This document shows positions 17,497 through 24,729 of a DNA stretch of 32,000 nucleotides, piece after piece. The stretch is from assembly GCA_964555305.1 (NCBI GenBank), contig CAZKSE010000001.1, positions 2,231 to 34,230 of the forward strand. The letters are read 5' to 3'. The notes under the pieces are model-generated. The model saw only the letters and a program-made list of their open reading frames with translations, had not been told where the DNA came from and made no database searches. Within the stretch, counting starts at the first letter, position 1. Each line of letters opens with the position of its first letter. Made by a program: the position numbers and the translations under genes. The stretch comes from an uncultured Rhodobacter sp. (GTDB lineage Bacteria > Pseudomonadota > Alphaproteobacteria > Rhodobacterales > Rhodobacteraceae).

Positions 17497-18491
17497 GCAG
17501 AATCTCCTGAGTCGTGAGTGGTGGTCAGTTCTGAAAAGGCAGGGAAAATCCGGTAATCGCCGTCCGGGCCAAGCCCTTCGACACGGGCGAGTTCGGTGAG
17601 ACGCCGGGCGGAACCGCGGCCGGTGAGGACGGCCACGAGGTCGATGGTCTCCGCGATCATGGCGCGCGGGACGGTGACGACGGCTTCCTGGATGAGTTGT
17701 TCAAGGCGGCGCAGCGCGCCGATAGCGGAACCGGCATGGATCGTGCCGATGCCGCCCGGATGGCCGGTGCCCCAGGCTTTCAGAAGGTCGAGGGCTTCCG
17801 CGCCGCGCACCTCACCGATGGGGATGCGGTCTGGGCGCAAGCGCAGCGACGACCGCACCAGCTCCGACAAGGTGGCGACACCGTCCTTGGTCCGCATGGC
17901 GACGAGGTTGGGCGCGGCGCATTGCAGTTCGCGCGTGTCCTCGATGATGACGACGCGATCGGAGGTCTTCGCCACCTCGGCGAGCAGTGCGTTGGTAAGC
18001 GTTGTCTTGTCGGTCGACGTGCCACCGGCAACAAGGATGTTGGCACGGGCTTGGACGGCCGCGCGCAGCGTTTCCGCTTGGTCGGCGGTCATGATGCCGG
18101 TCGTTACATAGTCGTCGAGCGTGAACACCGCGACGGCGGGCTTGCGGATGGCGAAGGCCGGTGCCGCGACCACCGGAGGCAACAACCCCTCGAACCGCTC
18201 GCCGGTTTCCGGCAATTCCGCCGAAACGCGGGGGCTGCGGGCATGGACCTCGACACCGACATGGTGGGCAACCAACCGCACAATGCGTTCGCCATCGGCG
18301 ACGGACAGGCGTTCGCCCGTATCGGCCAGACCTTCGGACAGCCGATCCACCCAGATACGGCCGTCCGGGTTCAACATCACCTCGACCACCGCCGGGTCTT
18401 CCAGCAAATGCGCGATAGCGGCGCCGAGTGCGGTGCGCAGCATGCGCGCGCCGCGGTCCACATTTGCCTGTTTGTGGTTGATGCCTGCCAT
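17493..18491 (-). CDS. trbB: P-type conjugative transfer ATPase TrbB (VirB11 family), with an atypical Walker A
   Basis: 332 aa. Motifs are [30 protein letters not shown] (Walker B), [17 protein letters not shown] and [11 protein letters not shown]. Walker A reads GGTSTDKTT, with Asp161 (GAC, 18009-18011) where Gly is expected. Confidence 0.92.
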   Translation of the reverse strand: MAGINHKQANVDRGARMLRTALGAAIAHLLEDPAVVEVMLNPDGRIWVDRLSEGLADTGERLSVADGERIVRLVAHHVGVEVHARSPRVSAELPETGERFEGLLPPVVAAPAFAIRKPAVAVFTLDDYVTTGIMTADQAETLRAAVQARANILVAGGTSTDKTTLTNALLAEVAKTSDRVVIIEDTRELQCAAPNLVAMRTKDGVATLSELVRSSLRLRPDRIPIGEVRGAEALDLLKAWGTGHPGGIGTIHAGSAIGALRRLEQLIQEAVVTVPRAMIAETIDLVAVLTGRGSARRLTELARVEGLGPDGDYRIFPAFSELTTTHDSGDSA

Positions 18492-18984
18492 CTCGTCCCC
18501 GTTCCACCGGGGAGGCGAGAGAAAAACCCCGGATGGGGATGACTAAAAGAGACCCAAAAGGGGCCGATTCAACAAGTTTCGGTCGTAGTAGTAGTGTGGC
18601 GTGCAAATACAGGAGAACGGCGGGGACCATGTCCCGCCTCCAAGGTTTGAGCGCCCCTGCGCAACCACTCGTTGATTCGATTGGCCCGCTGGACTGACAA
18701 CTTTCGGGATACGCCGGAGACTGGCTACGCATGCGCGACCTGCGTTTGCAACTGCAGCTACCCCGACGTGGAGGCAAGGAAGGGTCGTTCGCGGCGACCA
18801 CAAAGACATTCAACTGCCTTCGGTTGAGTGGTCCTTGAAGCATAGAGCTGCCCCGAGCTTCGACCAGACGCCGTAATCGCGAAAGCGCGGTAGAGCAGAA
18901 CGTCGGTCTTGAACGTGCGATCACACAAGGGCAATCTCGTCGCGATCGAGAGCATGAGAGCAAGTATTCGGGGGTTATTTTTTC

Positions 18985-21003
18985 ATGACTTCGCTACGCC
19001 CAAACCTTGTAAAGCGAATTGAACGCCTGCCCAAACCGACAAATGTAGCTGGAGCCATGCAGCCACTTTTTGAAGCGGTGAGCAATGCCATCCATTCGAC
19101 ACAGTCGCGGTATGGCGATCGTGTGGCGAGCGAAGGGCGTGTCATCGTCACTGTCAACACCAGCAGAAACAAGCAGGACGTCTGGGCAACCGTGGAAGAT
19201 AATGGCGTAGGTCTTGATGATGACAATTGGGATGCGTTCACGACCACGGACACCGACAACAAGATTCAGATCGGCGGCAAGGGTGTCGGCAGGCTAATGT
19301 GGCTGGACTGTTTCGAGGAGATAAGCGTCAACTCAGTTTTCAGGAACAAAGACGGCGGACTTCAGGGGCGGAAGTTTAAGTTCAAGCTTGCGCTGGAAGA
19401 TCAGATTCAGGACCTTGAAGAAGGTGCAGCACCGGATGCTTCCGACAGCGTTTTCCACGTCCGGCTATCAGGCCTCCGCGACAATGGATACCGCGCCAAA
19501 TTTCCCGGTCGCGACAGCTTTGTTTTTCAACACCTCACTTCACACTTCCTGCCAACCTTCATCGGAGGCCGGAGCCCGCAAGTGAGCGTTCATGTGCGTG
19601 ACGAGACTCGCGAGTATCCGAACGCCATCTCTGACATTGTTCACAGGCAGGACAAAGCGATGGCCATCCAAACAGAGGAGTACGGCGATCTGAACCTGAC
19701 CCTGATGGAGTGCGACAAGGTTGCGAGCGCTGACCTCAAAGGGAGGCATTTCGTCCACTTCATTGCGCATGACAGGACGGTCCATTCGCAGAGCATCGAC
19801 GGCAAACTTGGCCTTAGCTATTTCGGCGAAAATAACGACAGGGTGTTCCACGCCATCGTAACCGGTGAGTTCCTGGACACTAATGTCAACCAGGAGCGAA
19901 CGGCATTCATTTTTGAGGACGCTGTGATTGAAAGGATCATCAATGACGTCTGCTCCGAGAGAATTGAAGCGTTCCTATCGGTGCCACTAGCCCTTCTGAA
20001 AGGTGAGCAGCGTGGAACCATAGAGACGATCACTGCAACATATCCTTCTGTTGCGTTTGGGGATGTGGACGAGCTGCAAAAACGCGTCCCTTCAGGGGAA
20101 CTGAAAGCAGATGCGATCTATGGGCATCTCTCCCGTGAACGCTTCCGCCGTGACGAACGACAGGCTGAAAAAATCAGGAGCGTCCTGAATAGGCTCAAAG
20201 AGGGTGTCGCAGACATTAGCACGTTCAGCGCGGCAATCGCCGACGCCAGCACAGCAATAGAAGAGGCGGAGCAGAGGAGTCTTGCTGAGTATATTGTCCG
20301 CCGCAAGGTCGTGCTGGATTTCATCGAAGTCCTTCTTGAGAAGGTCCGTGACGACACCCGCGACAGCTCCTACCAGCGGGAGGACATACTGCACTCGTTC
20401 ATCTGCCCGCTTCGCGTCAGGACCATCGATGGAGGCGGCAGCAAGGTAGAACCTGCAGCGTCACATGACCTATGGATAGTCGATGAGAGGCTGACATTCG
20501 CACAGTACTTCAGCTCTGATGTTGAGTTCCGGAAGCTGTCGGAGGCCGTTGAAAGCGATGAGCGCCCGGATGTCCTGATCTTCGACTATGTGCACGGCCT
20601 GCGGCAGACCGATGAGCCGTCAAAAGTCCTTCTCATTGAATTCAAGCGCCCAGGGCGAACGAATTATACAGAGGAAGAGAACCCGCAATTTCAGGTGGAG
20701 CGTTACGTCAAGCGTCTCCAGAGCGGCGAGCTCTCGGACGTTCGGGGGCGCCCAATAGCGCTGGACCGCAACACGATATTCTACTGCTACATTGTTGCTG
20801 ACATTGTTGGGAAGATGGACACGTGGACGTTCTCGTGGCAGCGAACGGCAGATGGCCGGGGAAGGGTCTACCGGCCCAACAGCGGGTTCCATGGCTCAAT
20901 TGAACTGCTCGGGTGGGATCAACTCATTGGAGATGCCAGAGCACGGAACCAAGCATTCTTCGACCGCGCCGGAATTTCCGGGAACAGCTTCTTCACAACC
21001 TGA
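18985..21003 (+). CDS. Fusion protein: GHKL (Bergerat-fold) ATPase plus a C-terminal RecB-like PD-(D/E)xK nuclease
   Basis: 672 aa. N box is E30-AVS-N34-A (19072-19089). G1 box is D72-N-G-V-G (19198-19212). G2 box is G97-G-K-G-V-G102. The C-terminus has RPD529VLIF, LLIE552-F-K554 and Q570-VER-Y574 (QxxxY), spanning nt 20569-20706. Confidence 0.75.
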   Translation: MTSLRPNLVKRIERLPKPTNVAGAMQPLFEAVSNAIHSTQSRYGDRVASEGRVIVTVNTSRNKQDVWATVEDNGVGLDDDNWDAFTTTDTDNKIQIGGKGVGRLMWLDCFEEISVNSVFRNKDGGLQGRKFKFKLALEDQIQDLEEGAAPDASDSVFHVRLSGLRDNGYRAKFPGRDSFVFQHLTSHFLPTFIGGRSPQVSVHVRDETREYPNAISDIVHRQDKAMAIQTEEYGDLNLTLMECDKVASADLKGRHFVHFIAHDRTVHSQSIDGKLGLSYFGENNDRVFHAIVTGEFLDTNVNQERTAFIFEDAVIERIINDVCSERIEAFLSVPLALLKGEQRGTIETITATYPSVAFGDVDELQKRVPSGELKADAIYGHLSRERFRRDERQAEKIRSVLNRLKEGVADISTFSAAIADASTAIEEAEQRSLAEYIVRRKVVLDFIEVLLEKVRDDTRDSSYQREDILHSFICPLRVRTIDGGGSKVEPAASHDLWIVDERLTFAQYFSSDVEFRKLSEAVESDERPDVLIFDYVHGLRQTDEPSKVLLIEFKRPGRTNYTEEENPQFQVERYVKRLQSGELSDVRGRPIALDRNTIFYCYIVADIVGKMDTWTFSWQRTADGRGRVYRPNSGFHGSIELLGWDQLIGDARARNQAFFDRAGISGNSFFTT

Positions 21004-21044
21004 GTGGCGTCGATAACTCGTCAATATTATGCGCAGGACGATTG

Positions 21045-22400
21045 CTACCAGTATATGGCCACGACCTCCACATCCAAGAGGCTGACATCATCCTCACTGA
21101 TATGGGCGGCGGTGGGCACTGATGCGGAAGGTGCTCCATGCTCCGGTGCAGGCAGATAAGCCAGATCGCTCAAAGAGCGCGCCCGATTGCGGAATTCCAG
21201 ATCCTTCTCCGCACCTATTCTGAATCGCCCGAAGCGCCTTACCTTTTTACCCACCATGTCAAACGCATTCCTCTGGCCCTGTGGGGACGCCATCAGAGGT
21301 GCCGCGCCAAGTATCTCGGCTTCGATCTCCAAGTCCTGGTCTGGCGTAAGGGCCTTCCCAGAATGAGCCAGCAAAAGCTGGCGGTACGTTCGCAGGGCTC
21401 TTGTCAACGCGTTTTCCAGTTGGAGGTGCGATTGAGGCACCGGCTTGGCGCTGAGCGCATATGTTCCCGCAAGGTTTATCTGGTGCAGAAGGTCCGGGGC
21501 GACATCGCGGAACAGGTCCGCCAGCTTCACGGGTGTCCAAGTCTGTTGTAGGCCGTCGCGGGAAACCCTGCAAAGGATGGTGAACTCCGCCTCAGAGAAC
21601 AGGACTCTACGAATGTCCTTCCAATAGGCGAGGTGTTCGGTGACGCCCACGATCGTCAAAGGGCGAACAGGGAGATCGGCGTCTCGAACTGCGTCCTTGT
21701 GCACCACGAAGTCCTCGCCATCCAGGTTGACGACAACCCGATCCACTGCTTCGGCCCGGATAGGAATGAGACCGGCGAGCAGGCGGGTGAGTATCTTGTT
21801 CATCGGCTCTGCGTTCTCGAGCGCGCCGGACCATCCATCGGGGGAGTATTTGTTCGGGAAGTCTTCCGCGATGCTCATGAATTCTGAAAGCATAGTGCCC
21901 ATGTGGAATACCGGGTCGGCCGCCAATCGCACCTTCAGTTCAATCAGTTTCCCGCGCAGGAGGTTCGAAGCCGGAGTTGCCATAGACGGATCCTGAGACC
22001 GCCTGATCGACGCGGCGTCCATAGCGGCAACATCGGTCACGACGCTGATAAGACGAAGGTTCGCTTTACCGTGTAGCTCGCGGAACCAGGACTGCACCGT
22101 GGCCTTGCGCGAGGTCTGGAAAGTACTGCTGTTGGCCGTTTGAAAGCGAGAGGCGAGTTCCGCCTTGCCTATCAAGGCATTTTCGATGCCGGCGACGGTA
22201 CTGGTCTCGACTTCATACCCGTCAATGGACTGGTGCGAAGTGCCTTCGGTCATACCATCGGCCTGCGAAGAGAGCAGGCTTCGAAGACTGACCTCGTCCA
22301 AGTAAACGAACTCACGGAGCGGTCCCCCACTGTTCGGCTTCCGAGGCGCAGGCTTCGGCGCTTTCCTGAACCAGCGCTTCACCCATCCCACGATGCTCAT
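21045..22400 (-). CDS. Hypothetical 451-aa protein, translationally coupled to the upstream AAA+ ATPase
   Basis: The ATG at 22400 overlaps the AAA+ stop as ATGA, and an AGGAGG SD lies 8 nt upstream. It has a basic N-terminus (WVKRWFRKAPKPAPRKP) followed by REFVYLDEVSLRSLLSSQ. I could identify no catalytic motif. Confidence 0.7.
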   Translation of the reverse strand: MSIVGWVKRWFRKAPKPAPRKPNSGGPLREFVYLDEVSLRSLLSSQADGMTEGTSHQSIDGYEVETSTVAGIENALIGKAELASRFQTANSSTFQTSRKATVQSWFRELHGKANLRLISVVTDVAAMDAASIRRSQDPSMATPASNLLRGKLIELKVRLAADPVFHMGTMLSEFMSIAEDFPNKYSPDGWSGALENAEPMNKILTRLLAGLIPIRAEAVDRVVVNLDGEDFVVHKDAVRDADLPVRPLTIVGVTEHLAYWKDIRRVLFSEAEFTILCRVSRDGLQQTWTPVKLADLFRDVAPDLLHQINLAGTYALSAKPVPQSHLQLENALTRALRTYRQLLLAHSGKALTPDQDLEIEAEILGAAPLMASPQGQRNAFDMVGKKVRRFGRFRIGAEKDLEFRNRARSLSDLAYLPAPEHGAPSASVPTAAHISEDDVSLLDVEVVAIYW

Positions 22401-23635
22401 TCGTGCGCCTCCTGGGAACTCCGACTGGGTCGGCTGGATACCCGCTCAAATGCTTGCGCCAAGTCTTCGCCCTCTATCTTGCCCCGGCGATCACCTGCCG
22501 CAACCAATGCGGCCTCCGCCCACAGGGCCCCTAGTTGAGCCGCGGACCAACCCTCGGTTGCTTGAGCCACCTCGCTCAGGGGCAGATCGACGGCCACGTT
22601 GAGGCCTCGCGTCGCTACTTTCAAGATTGCCAGTCGATCGGAAACGTCAGGCATGCCGAATTCGATCTCCCAATCGAAACGCCCGGGACGCGTCAGGGCC
22701 GGGTCCAACGCCTCAACTCGATTGGTGGCCGCGATGACGACTACCGATCTACCCTGGTCATCAAAACCATCCATGAGCGTGAGCAGCTGCGCCACTAGCC
22801 GCTTGGAGGCTTCGTGGGTGTCGCCTGTACGCCGCTCCGCAATGCTGTCTATCTCGTCGAAGAAAACGATCGCGCGACCCGAACGACTTTCTCGTGCGGC
22901 ATCGAATATGCGGCGCAGGATGTCTTCTGTCTCCCCCAGCCACTTGCTGACCACGGAGGGCCCGCTCACGAGGTAGAAATCGGCCTTCGACTCGTGCGCG
23001 ATAATCCTCGCCAAGTGCGTTTTCCCCGTACCGGGCGGGCCGCTGAAGAGCACGCCCTTGACTGGACGCGCCTTAATCTGGTCGAGGTGTCGGCGTCGCT
23101 TGAACTGGGTCTCGATGAGTTCTCGCGCTCGTTTAATCACGTCGGGGTACCCGCCGAAATCAGCAAATGTCGGCCCATCGGACGCTGCGGCAACGAAATA
23201 GTCGTCCGGTCCCTGATCGCTATCTTGGGAGAAACGGCGACTGCGCAGCGGCGTCTGGGACAGGACGCGAATAACCCCCTCCGCGTCGTTGTATTCTATT
23301 GCGTTGTCGGTCTCGACCTTGACCTTCCCGGGGTTCCGAAGAGTCCGGATCCCAAATCCGTCGTCGATGAGCACGGTTCCACCTTCGATCACCTGCCGCA
23401 CGGTTGCGACCGAATTGCTGGCGGCCCAGACCTCTGCAGGAGCAATTTGCCAACCGCCATTGCCCACCAGAATGACATCACCTCGCTCGGGGAGATCATG
23501 GCGAAAGCCGGAGACGCGCAATACTCGGCCGTCCAGCGATCGCGCGTGCAGGACGCCGTTGTCTTCATCGACATGCAACACCTTGAGCAGCATGCCCGCC
23601 ATGGCTTCCAAATCGTCGTCAGCACCTATGCTCAT
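22397..23635 (-). CDS. Classic-clade AAA+ ATPase (Cdc48/FtsH-like single AAA module) with a ~190-aa N-terminal domain
   Basis: 412 aa from the ATG at 23635. Walker A is GPPGTGKT (23018-23041). The pore loop is K-W-L-G. Walker B is IVFFDEID. Sensor 1 is IAATN. The second region of homology is ALDPALTRPGRFD. The 72-aa upstream GTG extension in the ORF track is W/R-rich and was rejected. Confidence 0.85.
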   Translation of the reverse strand: MSIGADDDLEAMAGMLLKVLHVDEDNGVLHARSLDGRVLRVSGFRHDLPERGDVILVGNGGWQIAPAEVWAASNSVATVRQVIEGGTVLIDDGFGIRTLRNPGKVKVETDNAIEYNDAEGVIRVLSQTPLRSRRFSQDSDQGPDDYFVAAASDGPTFADFGGYPDVIKRARELIETQFKRRRHLDQIKARPVKGVLFSGPPGTGKTHLARIIAHESKADFYLVSGPSVVSKWLGETEDILRRIFDAARESRSGRAIVFFDEIDSIAERRTGDTHEASKRLVAQLLTLMDGFDDQGRSVVVIAATNRVEALDPALTRPGRFDWEIEFGMPDVSDRLAILKVATRGLNVAVDLPLSEVAQATEGWSAAQLGALWAEAALVAAGDRRGKIEGEDLAQAFERVSSRPSRSSQEAHE

Positions 23636-23813
23636 CGCGTACCGTCCAAAACAACGGTGTCGATTCCCTGATACACGCTGAACGCACTGGTGGACCTGTC
23701 CGACACTGTCGAGCTTCCGTTTCCAGGAGGTGCCTTCCGCAACAAAAAGGCGGAGTCCGTCTCGCAAGTCTCGCCGAAAATGGTACCATATCTGAACACC
23801 GCCATGTAGAAGA

Positions 23814-24293
23814 TCACGTTCCCTCCACCGTCGGACGATCCATAGCCTCACAGCCTCTTGGCGAAGCGATCCGTGTACCGTGCATGCATAACGCTATCGC
23901 TGCCGCGGATCGGAGACCAACGTGTGAACCGCCGCGGCACTGCGATGGCAACATCGCTCGATCGCTTGACACGGCACATCTCTGCGGCGTTTGCGTCGAA
24001 CTCGAAGTAGGTCGCTGGATTTTTGCAATCTTCCGATTCTCATCGGGCATTGTATTCGGCGCCCCCCTATAGTCTTCACTATATGCATGCGCCAAACCGG
24101 GCGCACTAGATCGAAGCAAGCGCACCACCGATGCGTGCTTTTCCGCCGGGGTAGTTTGAGCTTGAATCTCAGCAATTCGATCTTTCAGGCTACAGTGGTC
24201 CAATAGAACATCAAGATCAACTTTCGACAAGTCATTCAATGCCTTGTGGATTTCTCGAGCCGTCCTGATTGAATTGCGCTCAAACTGCGCCAA
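23814..24293 (-). CDS. Doubtful small ORF (helical N-terminal ~80 aa, low-quality C-terminal half)
   Basis: It has only a TTG start, 3 nt after and in frame with the copG stop, and a weak SD. The first ~80 aa (AQFERNSIRTAREIHKALNDLSKVDLDVLLDHCSLKDRIAEIQAQTTPAEKHASVVRLLRSS) look like a real helical domain. The remainder is Ser/Arg/Cys-rich. Confidence 0.3.
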   Translation of the reverse strand: MAQFERNSIRTAREIHKALNDLSKVDLDVLLDHCSLKDRIAEIQAQTTPAEKHASVVRLLRSSAPGLAHAYSEDYRGAPNTMPDENRKIAKIQRPTSSSTQTPQRCAVSSDRAMLPSQCRGGSHVGLRSAAAIALCMHGTRIASPRGCEAMDRPTVEGT

Positions 24294-24296
24294 TGT

Positions 24297-24725
24297 TCAT
24301 TGGCCCGCGCCCTCCACATCCTCCGAGACTTCCTGCCGAAGCTTCGGCCCCTGCGCAAGGCGTCGGCCGAGCGCGGCGATGAAGGCTTCGTAGCGCTCGC
24401 CGGCTTTGGCGCGCGCAGCCTGAGCGGTGGGCTCGGGCAAGGCCGGCGTGGTCGTGAGCCAGAAGCGGATGAACACAGCGAGGCTTTCGACGGCGATGCC
24501 GAGATCGCGCTCCAGGCGCGTCATGCGGCGATCAATTTGGTCGAGACGTCTGCCAATAACCGCCTCCCGGCGCTCCGCATCGTCGGGCGACAGGAACGAG
24601 GCGATGGCGGCTTCCACGATCATCGATTGCGACTGATCCCGGCGCGCCGCGAACTCCGCCAGTGCTTTCTCGACGTCCGGGTCCAGATAGGCCGTCACTT
24701 TTTTCTTCTTACGAGGATTGGTCAT
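24297..24725 (-). CDS. Ribbon-helix-helix (CopG-family) regulator of the transfer region
   Basis: 142 aa from the ATG at 24725. The RHH signature is KKKVTAYLDPDVEKALAEFAARRDQSQSMIVEAAIASFL. It starts 4 nt after the traG stop. Confidence 0.8.
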   Translation of the reverse strand: MTNPRKKKKVTAYLDPDVEKALAEFAARRDQSQSMIVEAAIASFLSPDDAERREAVIGRRLDQIDRRMTRLERDLGIAVESLAVFIRFWLTTTPALPEPTAQAARAKAGERYEAFIAALGRRLAQGPKLRQEVSEDVEGAGQ

Positions 24726-24729
24726 GACG

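Larger units (their letters stand above)
18492..24296. other. Cargo island inserted between copG and trbB (lower and patchy GC)
   Basis: In the backbone gene order I know, copG is directly followed by trbB. Here they are 5.8 kb apart. Hand counts of 60-nt blocks inside the island give 38%, 50%, 55% and 62% GC, against 67% for a trbI block. The island contains four ORFs with no conjugation-family signatures. Confidence 0.7.

Noticed and set aside
18651-18827. A Cys-rich small reading frame (…GYACATCVCNCSYPDVEARKG…) on the + strand in the trbB-upstream spacer, considered as a possible RiPP-like or metal-binding peptide
   Set aside because: It has no ATG or GTG start, only internal TTG codons without an SD. 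The flanking residues are not protein-like, and there is no adjacent modifying enzyme. Most likely a chance frame.
17812-18963. A 383-aa minus-strand ORF overlapping trbB out of frame and extending into the spacer
   Set aside because: The translation is Arg/Cys/Pro-rich and not protein-like. The trbB frame carries all the conserved motifs, so this is a GC-driven open frame.
23636-23851. A 72-codon GTG-initiated N-terminal extension of the AAA+ ATPase ORF
   Set aside because: The extension (MRLWIVRRWRERDLLHGGVQIWYHFRRDL...) is W/R-rich and unlike a folded domain. The ATG at 23635 begins a plausible N-domain. The exact start remains unverified.
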